Part shown: one piece after another, positions 34,046 to 43,660 of the stretch
How positions within the stretch are numbered: position 1 is the stretch's first letter
Layout: each line of letters starts with the position of its first letter
Origin: Candidatus Iainarchaeum sp.
GTDB lineage: Archaea > B1Sed10-29 > WALL01 > JAGHAM01
DNA length: 64,000 nt
Reading direction: 5' to 3'
NCBI GenBank assembly: GCA_021161465.1
Contig: JAGHAM010000036.1
Location: 13,512 to 77,511 of the forward strand
Notes under the pieces: generated by a model
Databases searched by the model: none
What the model was told of the DNA's origin: nothing
Seen by the model: the letters and a program-made list of their open reading frames with translations, nothing else
Made by a program: the position numbers and the translations under genes

Positions 34046-34672
34046 TTAAACTTCTATCCCTTCTCCCGGACTGAGTACTAGGGCATTTTCTGTTTTTATG
34101 TCCTGTTTGCTGTAGCTTGCAATTGCAGGGAGTGTCCCGTAATGCATTGGTATGAAGTGCTTTGGTTTTATGATTCCAACAGCCCTCTCGGCTTCTGTTA
34201 AGTCCATAGTGTAGACCCCACCAACTGGTAGGAATGCATAATCAATGCCTTTTTCAGCAAGAGAGCTCATTTCAGGGATGATGTCTGTGTCACCTGCATG
34301 GTATACTTTTTTGCCTTCCAACGTCAGTATGTAGCCAACACCAAACCCCTTTGGGTGGAATTTCTTGTTTACGTTGTACGCTGGAATGCTCTCGACTGAG
34401 AACCAGTCAAACGATTTAGTTTCACTTTGTCCAATAACTTGCGGTTTGTACCCGGAAAGCTCTTTTTCACAGCTCTCTGGGCAGATTATGATTGTGTCGT
34501 TTTTGTAGACCTGGCTTATCTTGTCTTTATCCAAGTGGTCAAAATGCGGATGTGTTATAAGAATTACATCCGCCTTCTCACTGTAGTCCCCCTCCCAATA
34601 GGGATCAATGTAAACGGTCCTATCACCCGACTTTAAGCGTATGGAAGCATGCCCAATCCATTTCAGTAGCAT
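34046..34672 (-). CDS. MBL-fold metallo-hydrolase
   Basis: ILITHPHFDH motif. Confidence 0.75.
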   Translation of the reverse strand: MLLKWIGHASIRLKSGDRTVYIDPYWEGDYSEKADVILITHPHFDHLDKDKISQVYKNDTIIICPESCEKELSGYKPQVIGQSETKSFDWFSVESIPAYNVNKKFHPKGFGVGYILTLEGKKVYHAGDTDIIPEMSSLAEKGIDYAFLPVGGVYTMDLTEAERAVGIIKPKHFIPMHYGTLPAIASYSKQDIKTENALVLSPGEGIEV

Positions 34673-34680
34673 ACCCTCAC

Positions 34681-34866
34681 CTAAGATGCCTTTCCTTTTT
34701 TCCCTTTCTTGGTTTTCTTTACTGGTGCTTCTGGCTTGGCAGGCTCCATTCTTATCCTTGCCATATCAGTTATGACGTCTGGTATTGGCTTGTCATATTT
34801 GTATGCGAGCTCAATTATCTTTAGCTTTACTTCCATTAGCCTTAGCTCCATTTCAGATTCATCCAT
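34681..34866 (-). CDS. hypothetical small protein (61 aa, basic C-terminus)
   Basis: ORF only. Lies between thyX and the MBL gene on the same strand. Confidence 0.3.
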   Translation of the reverse strand: MDESEMELRLMEVKLKIIELAYKYDKPIPDVITDMARIRMEPAKPEAPVKKTKKGKKGKAS

Positions 34867-34879
34867 AATCTCACCTCAT

Positions 34880-35572
34880 TTATTTTTTTGCCGAAGCAAA
34901 CAGTGGCTCATCGTTTCTTGGTGTTCCACACGTAAACTTCCCTTCTGGGCAGGGACCGCGAATACATGGTGGCCCTGCTTTTTCAAATATTACTGGGGCG
35001 ACTTTCTTCACCTCGGCCAACATTGCGTCGGCCAGTTGCCTTATTTCCCACTGCGCGCGGTAGCAACACCTCAAGGTGAAGAAGTGAAGAAGACTCCTGG
35101 CGTTCATTGTCACAACGATACTTGTATGAGTTGCATTCGGTAAGACGTATCTTGCATCCTCAGCAGGTATGCCCTGCTCAAGCAGATTTTTATAGCTCTC
35201 AAAGCTATTGTCTATTGTTTCTTTGTAGGCTTTTAACAGCTCGGGGTTCTCCTTTATGGTGTCAGGAATGGTATAATTTCCCTCACCAAGCTTAACATAC
35301 CTCTGGCTTTGTTGCGTGTAGGAAGCCAGCCTATGCCTTACCAACTCGTGAGTCACCACCCTCGATACTCCACTTATGTTGAAGGTGAAGCTTGCATGCT
35401 CTATGACAGAAAGGTGCCCTCTTGATATAATATTCCTCAGGACCCGCTCAACCCTCTTCCTGTCGAGATTTTTAAACATCTCATCGTCAAGCTTCTCATG
35501 AGTGCTCGCGTATGCTGCTACTGCGCAGGTCCTCTCTGGATCAGGCGTGTAGTTGATTAGCTCCACATGCAT
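34880..35572 (-). CDS. thyX: FAD-dependent thymidylate synthase
   Basis: ThyX RHRxxSxxxxSQR motif (ELVRHRLASYTQQSQRY). Confidence 0.9.
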   Translation of the reverse strand: MHVELINYTPDPERTCAVAAYASTHEKLDDEMFKNLDRKRVERVLRNIISRGHLSVIEHASFTFNISGVSRVVTHELVRHRLASYTQQSQRYVKLGEGNYTIPDTIKENPELLKAYKETIDNSFESYKNLLEQGIPAEDARYVLPNATHTSIVVTMNARSLLHFFTLRCCYRAQWEIRQLADAMLAEVKKVAPVIFEKAGPPCIRGPCPEGKFTCGTPRNDEPLFASAKK

Positions 35573-35574
35573 TT

Positions 35575-36546
35575 TTATTTCTCCTTAATTGTGTTAATGC
35601 CATTAACACTGTTTATTATTTCCCCTTTTTCAAGGGCGTCCATAATCTGCTTGGCTATCTCTGTGCCAACTCTTTCCTGGGCTTCTATAGTTGACGCTCC
35701 AAGGTGCGGCGTCATGAGCACATTCTCAAGCCCAACCAGGGGAGAGTTTGTTGGTGGCTCTTTCTCCCAGACATCTATAGCAGCACCAGCAACCTTGCCG
35801 GATTTGATGGCTTCTGCAAGAGCTGCTTCATTTATTAGGCCCCCTCTTGCAGCGTTTATTATCCTGACGCCTTCTTTCATAATATCAAACTGCTCCCTAT
35901 CCAGTGTGTTTCTGGTTTCCGGAACCAGCTTAAGGCACATCACTATGAAATCAGACTTTCTGCAGATTTCATCAAGGGTTGCTTTTGTTACCCCCCTTTC
36001 CAATAGTTCCTCTTTACTTCTAAATGCATCATAACCAATTACATTCATGGACAGACCTCTGGCAATTCTGGCTACTATGCTGCCAACATGGCCAATCCCA
36101 ATTATACCCAATGTCTTGTCCTTGACCTCAACACCAACAAAACGCTTTCTGTCCCATTCGCCCTTAAGCATGGACATGTGAGCCTTGTGGATGTTTCTTG
36201 CGAGTGCCAGCATCAGTGCTATGCTATGCTCTGCCGCGCTGTTGATGTTCCCTAAAGGGACATTCATCACAGGGATGCCTCTCCCCTTAGCGGTTTCACA
36301 ATCAATGTTGTCGACTCCAACCCCTGCCCTGCCAATCACTTTAAGTTTTTCGCCAGCTTCTATAATTCTCTTTGTGACTTTGGTGCCACTCCTAACTACC
36401 AGTGCGTCGTAGTTCTTAATCTCAGCCACAAGCTCGTCCTCGCTGAGCCCTGTTTTCATTTCAACATCAAAATTAGGGTTTGATTTAAAGAGCTCTATGG
36501 CTTTGTTCGTGAGCTTATCGCTAACTAAAACCTTAAATACCATCAT
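35575..36546 (-). CDS. serA: D-3-phosphoglycerate dehydrogenase / D-isomer 2-hydroxyacid dehydrogenase
   Basis: GIIGIGHVGSIVA Rossmann motif and catalytic R/E/H pattern. Confidence 0.8.
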   Translation of the reverse strand: MMVFKVLVSDKLTNKAIELFKSNPNFDVEMKTGLSEDELVAEIKNYDALVVRSGTKVTKRIIEAGEKLKVIGRAGVGVDNIDCETAKGRGIPVMNVPLGNINSAAEHSIALMLALARNIHKAHMSMLKGEWDRKRFVGVEVKDKTLGIIGIGHVGSIVARIARGLSMNVIGYDAFRSKEELLERGVTKATLDEICRKSDFIVMCLKLVPETRNTLDREQFDIMKEGVRIINAARGGLINEAALAEAIKSGKVAGAAIDVWEKEPPTNSPLVGLENVLMTPHLGASTIEAQERVGTEIAKQIMDALEKGEIINSVNGINTIKEK

Positions 36547-37646
36547 GCACCACCAACTTTAGGAAAAACCTCTTCATACGCGCCAAACAACGTGTCCAGA
36601 TCTTCCTCCGTAGTGTCGCCCATGTGAGCTATCCTAAAAGTCATCGGTTTTCCAGCATCAGCAAGTTTGTTGTTCAGTTTCCTGTAACCAGAGTCCACGG
36701 AGAAGCCCCTTTCACCCATGAGCTCTTTCATCTTGCTCAAGTCCATGCCTTTGGTGTCAGAGAAGCAACTTACGGTTACCGATTCGTAGCCAGTCTCTGG
36801 GAACAGCTCAAAGCCAAGTTTCTTTCCCCACTTTCTGGTTTTCTCTGCAAGTCGCTCATGCCGTTTGAATCTGTTTTCCAACCCTTCTTCCAACATTCTA
36901 TCAAGCTGGTATTTCAGTGCATACAGGTGACTAACCGAAGGCGTATACGGTGTATTATCTTTGTCGTACATCTTCTTCAACTCAAGCAGGTCGAAGTAAT
37001 AACCTCTTCCCGGGATTTGTTTTGCCCGTTCAAGAGCCTTCTCGGACACGGAAGCCAGCGCAATCCCTGGAGGCAGGGCAAGCGCCTTCTGTGAGCTGGT
37101 TATGCACATATCTATGCCTAGTTTGTCAACCTCTATCTTAGCTCCACCTAAAGAACTTACAGCATCCACGAGGAACATAACATCAGGATAGTTCTTGACA
37201 ACTTCTGATATCTCCTCAAGATGGTGCATAACCCCAGTTGAGGTTTCGTTGTGAGTCACGCAAATTGCATCGAATTCACCAGTAGAGAGCTTTTCTTCAA
37301 TCATATCTGGCTTGATGGCTTTCCCCCAGTCCACCTCAAGCTTCTCAGCTTCCTTTCCGCAGCGGATGGCTATGTTGTACCATTTGTCAGAGAAGGACCC
37401 ACAAACGCAGTTTAAGACCTTCTTGCCAACGAGGTTCCTCATAGCTGCCTCCATAAATCCACTTCCACTTGATGTGGAAACCATCACAGGATTTTCGGTG
37501 TAGAAAAGCTGCTTCAGCTTGCCCTTAACATCATGGAACAGCTCGGCGAACTCCTTTGTTCTGTGTCCCACTAAAGGTGTAGACATCTTCTCCAAAACAT
37601 CCTTTCTCACCTCTACAGGTCCAGGAATGTAAAGTATTTTGTGCAT
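36543..37646 (-). CDS. class V aminotransferase (phosphoserine/serine-pyruvate aminotransferase type)
   Basis: PLP fold with SSQKAL lysine motif. Operonic with serA. Confidence 0.8.
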   Translation of the reverse strand: MHKILYIPGPVEVRKDVLEKMSTPLVGHRTKEFAELFHDVKGKLKQLFYTENPVMVSTSSGSGFMEAAMRNLVGKKVLNCVCGSFSDKWYNIAIRCGKEAEKLEVDWGKAIKPDMIEEKLSTGEFDAICVTHNETSTGVMHHLEEISEVVKNYPDVMFLVDAVSSLGGAKIEVDKLGIDMCITSSQKALALPPGIALASVSEKALERAKQIPGRGYYFDLLELKKMYDKDNTPYTPSVSHLYALKYQLDRMLEEGLENRFKRHERLAEKTRKWGKKLGFELFPETGYESVTVSCFSDTKGMDLSKMKELMGERGFSVDSGYRKLNNKLADAGKPMTFRIAHMGDTTEEDLDTLFGAYEEVFPKVGGA

Positions 37647-37667
37647 CGATACCCCCCAGCGTGATTA

Positions 37668-38945
37668 TTATTTCAAACTATACTTATATAAGAATATGCC
37701 ACTGAGCAATTTTGGCCAGAAATAGGTTGACTTCTGTGGCATGGCTATCTCCGGGTTTTTAATCCCGGCATCCGCCACCTCTTTTAATTCGTAGAACTCT
37801 ACTGGTGCGAGTGAGACAGCGAACTGGTAATCGCCCTTGTCCACCAGCTTTTTCATGTTCTTAAGCCCTTCCTCGTTGCCAGGGAAATAGTTAAAGTAGT
37901 GCTTATCCTTGAGCTTATCGGGGGATAAACCTAACTCTGGGAAGAGAATATGTTCCTGAAGGATGCTTGTGTCCAGGCGCGCCACAGCGTCCCCCCTTAC
38001 CTGTTCAAGCAGACTCTCCCTGGCGCTTAGCTTTGTAGCCTTATCCTTGAAATAAAAGATGAATGAGCGCTTCTCAGGAATTTTTAGCCCGTCAGTAGGT
38101 GTAATTTCAAATTTGCCTTCTAGCCGTTTGGGGAAATTCTCAAGCTTTTCCTCTGGGACCCCCCCAACCACCCTGTCATATGGCAGTATCTTCGCGCTTT
38201 CGGAAGGAGAGATGTATGTCTGCACATACTTCTGGCCCATCACGAGCGCGCAGTGATAGCGGTGGTGGCCATCAGCTATGTAAACATTCTCCCTGGCTAT
38301 GAGGTCGTGGATTCTTCTTCCAGGGGGCGAGTTTTCTGGAATTCTCCACACACTGTTTGTTATCCCGTCCATGTCGGAAGTTCTTTCAAAATCCGTGGCG
38401 AATGAGCAAAGCGGTTTCAGGGTTGAAATCTCGTTAAGAGTTTCAAGTAGGTCCTCATTTTTGTCTTCAACTACTCCAAAAACAACACCGACCTGGTAGC
38501 CTAGCGCTTCTCTGAGTTTCTTCCTGTCTGTTACCTTGTTGTCGAAAGTTTTCTCGTGCCTGACGACTTTACCCTCTGAGTAGTCCGAGACTTCAAGGGC
38601 GAGCATCACACCTATGCGCGACCCACTTTCAAATTCCTGTTTGTAAACGTAATAGCATGGCTCGTCATCCTCAACCAGAAGATTTTGTTTTTTGAATTCT
38701 TCAAGTGCTGCACGCGCGTTTTCATACCTGGCTTCCCCCTCTCCTTTTGGCCTTAGATGTATGTGGATAAGGTTTTTCCTTGATGAGAGAACTTCATAAA
38801 GCTTGCTGTCGTGCGAGATGACATCATAAGGTGGCGCGACGAACTCGGATATGGCATTCTCTGATGGCCTCAGCCCGATTAAGCCTTTATTTTCTGGCAT
38901 GCTATCCCCCATCCACAGCGCTAACCTTTTAAGAGCCCAGTGCAT
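37668..38945 (-). CDS. DUF1015-family protein
   Basis: FVAPPYDVIS signature near the N-terminus and about 420 aa length. Upstream of the aminotransferase and serA on the same strand. Confidence 0.65.
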   Translation of the reverse strand: MHWALKRLALWMGDSMPENKGLIGLRPSENAISEFVAPPYDVISHDSKLYEVLSSRKNLIHIHLRPKGEGEARYENARAALEEFKKQNLLVEDDEPCYYVYKQEFESGSRIGVMLALEVSDYSEGKVVRHEKTFDNKVTDRKKLREALGYQVGVVFGVVEDKNEDLLETLNEISTLKPLCSFATDFERTSDMDGITNSVWRIPENSPPGRRIHDLIARENVYIADGHHRYHCALVMGQKYVQTYISPSESAKILPYDRVVGGVPEEKLENFPKRLEGKFEITPTDGLKIPEKRSFIFYFKDKATKLSARESLLEQVRGDAVARLDTSILQEHILFPELGLSPDKLKDKHYFNYFPGNEEGLKNMKKLVDKGDYQFAVSLAPVEFYELKEVADAGIKNPEIAMPQKSTYFWPKLLSGIFLYKYSLK

Positions 38946-39028
38946 AAAAATGAAACGGTGAGGCGTTCCAACTTTTTCTTAAGTACCAAAAATGTTAGAT
39001 TTTTATATGTTCAAAAACGCAAACCAGA

Positions 39029-39460
39029 ATGATGCATAGAGACACTGCTAAGCTTATAGGGGGCCTTATACTACTTCTTGTTAGTATTTATTTTATTCTT
39101 TATCTTGGATACTTTGTATATGGAGTCAAAGAGGCATTGGCTTTTCTCCAATTTTTGTTTGTGGTGATGGTCCTACTACTCATTCCTTTTTTTCATTTGC
39201 TTTTGATGAGATTACTGCGCTTGTCTTTTCATTTTTTTGAAAAATATATCCATAAAAAGAACCCAAAAATTACTAAATACAAAGCCAAAAAATGTACTGC
39301 GATGTATTCCTTCTTCTTACTTGGATTTCTGATACTCTTCCTTTCTTATTTTTTTAGAAATGATTGGTGGAGGGCAACTCTACTTATTACAATAGCAACA
39401 GTTTTATTTGGCATCGGTATTGGCATGGCTTCGCCAACCGATTGGCTGGAGGACTTTTAA
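39029..39460 (+). CDS. hypothetical membrane protein
   Basis: Four predicted TM segments. AT-rich. Confidence 0.4.
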   Translation: MMHRDTAKLIGGLILLLVSIYFILYLGYFVYGVKEALAFLQFLFVVMVLLLIPFFHLLLMRLLRLSFHFFEKYIHKKNPKITKYKAKKCTAMYSFFLLGFLILFLSYFFRNDWWRATLLITIATVLFGIGIGMASPTDWLEDF

Positions 39461-39994
39461 ATGAAAAAAACCGAACTCATGAATAAAAAATTGGAGATAA
39501 TTGGGATTTATGTTCTTATAATGAGTGCCTGGACATACTCTTCATCTATTTTACTCTCTCTAGTTAGTTTTTTATATAATAAACAGCAGGACAAGATAAT
39601 TGCCTATAGCGGGATAGCTTTGATTCCACTTGCGATTATTGTTTCTTCATTGCTAATCGTTTTTAGTATCCATATATTAAGTTATAAAAAAGAACCGAAG
39701 CTGTGGTTTTACAAGTTTAAAACTCAGAAATACTTTATGAGTTTCATGATGGGGGTAGCTCTCCTTACACTCTCCTTCACCGCTTTTTCTCTTTTTGGTC
39801 TTTTATTGTTCTTTCTTGCTAATACACAACACATCGTACATTTCATAAACGTAGGCCTCTCTGTTTTTCTATTCTTTTTCTATCCTTTTAGCATCCTATT
39901 AGGATTGTTAACCTTCTCGTTGTTCTCAGAAGCTCTTGGCGAGTCGATACCTGATTTTATAAAAAAATTGAAAGGTAAAATAAAAAAGAGTTGA
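39461..39994 (+). CDS. hypothetical membrane protein
   Basis: Multiple TM segments. Start abuts the previous stop. Confidence 0.4.
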   Translation: MKKTELMNKKLEIIGIYVLIMSAWTYSSSILLSLVSFLYNKQQDKIIAYSGIALIPLAIIVSSLLIVFSIHILSYKKEPKLWFYKFKTQKYFMSFMMGVALLTLSFTAFSLFGLLLFFLANTQHIVHFINVGLSVFLFFFYPFSILLGLLTFSLFSEALGESIPDFIKKLKGKIKKS

Positions 39995-40179
39995 TATGTA
40001 TGTGGTCGTTTTCTAAGAAGAAGGATGAGAAAGGCGTCAAGGAAGAGGTAAGTGAAAGCGCGCAGGGGCATGAGTGCGCGGCCTGCGGGAAACCTGGCGC
40101 GGATAAAAAGTATGGCGGGCAGTGGTGGCACAAAAAATGCCTGAGGAAATTAAGAAAGCAGGCTAAGGGCATGGTTTGA
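39991..40179 (+). CDS. small CxxC...HxxC zinc-binding-like protein
   Basis: HECAACGKPGADKKYGGQWWHKKC. Confidence 0.3.
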   Translation: MICMWSFSKKKDEKGVKEEVSESAQGHECAACGKPGADKKYGGQWWHKKCLRKLRKQAKGMV

Positions 40180-40227
40180 TTTCGCCGAGGAAACATATTA
40201 ATAGTTTTACCAACAAAATTAACGCTA

Positions 40228-40701
40228 ATGGAAACGGCGCATGAAACTAAACCAAAGAAGCGGATAGATGCAGACCACTATTTCATGAAGATAGCGGAAG
40301 TCGTTAAGGAACGGTCTACATGCCTGCGCGACCAGGTTGGAGCAGTTCTTGTGAGGGATAAGCACATAATATCCACAGGCTACAACGGCGCTCCTTCGGG
40401 GCTACCCCACTGCACCGATATTGGTTATTGCATAAGGGAGCGGCTTGGTGTTCCCTCAGGCGAGAGGCATGAGCTGTCAAGAGGAGTCCACGCCGAGCAA
40501 AACGCAATTATACAGGCAGCACTCCACGGTGTCAGCACCGAGAACTCAACACTGTACTGCACGCATTCACCTTGCTCTGTTTGTGCCAAGATGTTGATAA
40601 ATGCAAAGGTAAAAAGAGTGGTTTACAAGAGACACTACCCAGATAAAATGGCATTTGATTACTTCAAGCAGGCTGGTGTTGAAGTTGTGCATCTGGACTA
40701 A
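40228..40701 (+). CDS. dCMP deaminase (cytidine/deoxycytidylate deaminase family)
   Basis: HAEQNAI and [10 protein letters not shown] zinc-binding motifs. Confidence 0.85.
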   Translation: METAHETKPKKRIDADHYFMKIAEVVKERSTCLRDQVGAVLVRDKHIISTGYNGAPSGLPHCTDIGYCIRERLGVPSGERHELSRGVHAEQNAIIQAALHGVSTENSTLYCTHSPCSVCAKMLINAKVKRVVYKRHYPDKMAFDYFKQAGVEVVHLD

Positions 40702-40741
40702 CACAATCTGCTTTAAATATAACTAACACGAATATAGTTTT

Positions 40742-40942
40742 ATGGAAAAAAGACGTTGTTTGTTCACGAAGTATGAGTTTGAGATAGGTGTTGTTACACT
40801 CCCTGCTCATCTTGTCGTCCTTAGTGTGGGAATTATATTGTTCAGCACACCAATAGGTAAACTAGTTGCTGTTTTGAGTTTAGTTGGGGCTCTAGCAGCA
40901 GTGAACTCATTGATTCATGGCGCTAAAGAAATCAAATTTTGA
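40742..40942 (+). CDS. small membrane protein (66 aa)
   Basis: Two hydrophobic helices. Confidence 0.3.
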   Translation: MEKRRCLFTKYEFEIGVVTLPAHLVVLSVGIILFSTPIGKLVAVLSLVGALAAVNSLIHGAKEIKF

Positions 40943-40951
40943 GTTGGGATT

Positions 40952-41644
40952 ATGGAAGTTGGAAAAGTTGTGCCTCAAGATTTTCACATATGGGAAGGCC
41001 ATGCCTCTTTTGTGATATTCACTATAGGGTGCAATATGCAATGCCCTTACTGTTTTGTTCCTGATTTGGTGAGACACAGGGTGTCCAAGCTGGACTGGTT
41101 TCCCAAGTTGAGGCCTGTGATACACTCAATTGACAGTGTGGTTATAACTGGTGGCGAGCCGCTTATGCAGAAATATCTACCGGTGGTTTGCAAGAAGCTG
41201 AAGCTTGAAGGACTGAAGGTGAGGATAGAGACAAATGGCTCTAAGCCTGATGTTCTTAAATCCTTGATAAGGATGAAGGTGATTGACAGTGTTGCCCTTG
41301 ATGTTAAGGCACCCTTTGGTGATTACCAGGCGTTGACTAACAGTCAGGTAAGCCCGGAAAACGTTAAGAAAAGCATAGGGCTTTTGCAGGAGAGCGGCAT
41401 AGAGCACGAGCTAAGGACTACCTGGAGCCCAAACTTAACTGAGGAGCAGATAGCCGAGATAGCGAAACAGTGTTCCGGCTCAACATGGGTTTTACAGGAG
41501 TTCAAGCCGGGTGGGTGCCTGGATGCATCCTATGATTCCAAAGAGCAAACCAACTATGAAAAGCTTAAGAGTTTGGCTTCTAGGGTTACCGGCCCAGCCA
41601 GAGTGTTGATAAAAACAGGTAAAGGAGAGGAGTTGATAAGGTAA
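40952..41644 (+). CDS. radical SAM activating enzyme (NrdG/PflA-like family)
   Basis: GCNMQCPYC CxxxCxxC motif, VVITGGEPLM, about 230 aa. No nrdD is adjacent. Confidence 0.65.
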   Translation: MEVGKVVPQDFHIWEGHASFVIFTIGCNMQCPYCFVPDLVRHRVSKLDWFPKLRPVIHSIDSVVITGGEPLMQKYLPVVCKKLKLEGLKVRIETNGSKPDVLKSLIRMKVIDSVALDVKAPFGDYQALTNSQVSPENVKKSIGLLQESGIEHELRTTWSPNLTEEQIAEIAKQCSGSTWVLQEFKPGGCLDASYDSKEQTNYEKLKSLASRVTGPARVLIKTGKGEELIR

Positions 41645-42147
41645 TGCGATGTTTCATAGGGGTTCCTTTAACAGACAATGTCAGGAAAGGCCTCTCTGAA
41701 ATGCAGAAGAGGCTAAAGCACTCTTCCACAAAGATGAAGCTAGTCGAGCCGGAGAATCTACACATAACTTTAAGGTTCCTTGGTGAGATTGCTGATGTGG
41801 AAGTAGCCAAACCCTTGCTGGAGGGCATATCCATTAAAAAGTTTCATGTTCAATTTACCCACATTGGCGCATTCCCTAGCAGGGATTATATACGTGTCGT
41901 TTGGGCTGGCGTTGGCCAGGGGAGGGATGAGTTAGTTGAACTTTACAAGGCAGTTGGCGGGAAAAATAGCCTCGAGCCGCATGTAACCTTAGCTCGTGTG
42001 AAAACTAAACCCGATGCGCTGCTGTTGGAGATGTTAGATGAAAAATTAGATTTATCTATGGATGCTGAGAGGGTGCAGCTAATCGAGAGCAAGTTAACCC
42101 CAACTGGCCCAATATACTCAAAGGTGTTTGAAGTTGAATTTGACTAA
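41644..42147 (+). CDS. thpR: RNA 2',3'-cyclic phosphodiesterase (2H phosphoesterase, ThpR/LigT)
   Basis: Two HxT/S motifs (HITLRF, HVTLAR). Confidence 0.8.
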   Translation: MRCFIGVPLTDNVRKGLSEMQKRLKHSSTKMKLVEPENLHITLRFLGEIADVEVAKPLLEGISIKKFHVQFTHIGAFPSRDYIRVVWAGVGQGRDELVELYKAVGGKNSLEPHVTLARVKTKPDALLLEMLDEKLDLSMDAERVQLIESKLTPTGPIYSKVFEVEFD

Positions 42148-43660
42148 ACTGGCTGTAGCGATGTTGTTAATCTGTGCGACCTCATCAGCCCTTACCATGC
42201 TCGGGAAAACACCAAACGGAACCATGCTGCTCGCGAACAAGAACTATGTAGTGGAGATGGATCCAGCCAACAATACGCTTAACATCAATAACATTATCTC
42301 GGTTTATATGTTCCCAAAAGGCAGGATTCTTGGTACTGATATAAAGCCACTGGAGCCATCCTTTGGAGACATACATACTGGAGAGCAGGTTGAAAGGTAT
42401 ATTGTGGAATACCCCCCCTCAATCGCAAAGAATGTTTACATATCATCAAAAATAAACTTTGAGGATAAGTTCATACGACAGGAGATAACAATTGAAAACA
42501 CTCAGAGCAGCAAACTTGATATAACCCTAAGACTTTCCCAGCAAAAGAACAGGAGCTACTACGTATTCGCGCCGTTCACAAATAATCCCCTTATGAACCA
42601 TATGTGGATTTCTCCAAGTTTTAATCAGGAGAAGGGATTGGGCCTAGCAGTTTATTTCGATTCTGAGAATCCAACTTACTCTCAGACAGGAGAGGTAAGC
42701 CGTGTGGATAACTCTGGTGGCCTTTTGAATTGGAGGCTGTCTGTACCAGCCGGTGAAACAAGGACTATTATAGTTAAGTACATCCTAGGTTATGTTGCAG
42801 ATTCAACACTTCTAAGGTCGCATGCATTTAAAATCCCCTCTACAAAACAGCACCTGCTTGATACAGAAACTGATGCATTGTTCAGCTTCAAGAACGATGA
42901 TGCACTCTCATCAATGCTCGATGGAATAAACGGTAAGAATCCCGGGGAAGTCTTTGATGAAACAAAGAGGGCTATGGGCCAGATTATGAATTCACCTGTG
43001 GAGGCAACTGTCTTAACAACAAACGTAAATTTCCAGGAGCTTGTCAGCAAACAGCAGCTTAATAGCCTGGAAAAGGCTTTGCTATTCAGGAAGCTCATTG
43101 AGGAGAAGGGCATCCCTGCTGAGCTTAACATAGGGATTAAAGGCGGGAGTTATTATGCGTGGGTCAAGGCATACCCAACCATAGAGCCTCTTGTTTACGA
43201 CCCGGCTGGTGGCATGTCCGCTAGCAGGGAAATATACTCTGACCCTACCCCCATCTATTGCAACTCAAACATTGGTAGCTGCAATTGGGCGGGTAGCATA
43301 AAGACAGATGTTGTGTGTATACTTAACCTTTGTTCTTCAGTTTATCTGCTGTCTGCTGTAATACTCATACTCATAATCGCTCTGTTCTTATTGCTGCAAT
43401 ACAAGGCGAATGCCCTGTACAAAGTGCTTGGCAAGAAGAAGACAGGACAGGACATATCACAGATTGATGGCAGCTACATGGTATTGAATGAGAACTTCAC
43501 ACCCGACAATCCACTTGAAGATGCTGTGCTAAAAGAGATAAAGTCAACCATGGGTTCTGTTAAGCTTAGTGACTATACAAGAAAGACTGGGTTCTCCAGT
43601 TTTCTGATTGCTGCAGCCATCGAAAGTCTTATGGAAAAGAAAGTCATAAAAAAGCTTTAA
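42128..43660 (+). CDS. secreted protein with signal peptide and C-terminal TM anchor
   Basis: N-terminal hydrophobic leader. C-terminal LLSAVILILIIALFLLL. Glycosylation sequons. Confidence 0.45.
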   Translation: MKLNLTKLAVAMLLICATSSALTMLGKTPNGTMLLANKNYVVEMDPANNTLNINNIISVYMFPKGRILGTDIKPLEPSFGDIHTGEQVERYIVEYPPSIAKNVYISSKINFEDKFIRQEITIENTQSSKLDITLRLSQQKNRSYYVFAPFTNNPLMNHMWISPSFNQEKGLGLAVYFDSENPTYSQTGEVSRVDNSGGLLNWRLSVPAGETRTIIVKYILGYVADSTLLRSHAFKIPSTKQHLLDTETDALFSFKNDDALSSMLDGINGKNPGEVFDETKRAMGQIMNSPVEATVLTTNVNFQELVSKQQLNSLEKALLFRKLIEEKGIPAELNIGIKGGSYYAWVKAYPTIEPLVYDPAGGMSASREIYSDPTPIYCNSNIGSCNWAGSIKTDVVCILNLCSSVYLLSAVILILIIALFLLLQYKANALYKVLGKKKTGQDISQIDGSYMVLNENFTPDNPLEDAVLKEIKSTMGSVKLSDYTRKTGFSSFLIAAAIESLMEKKVIKKL

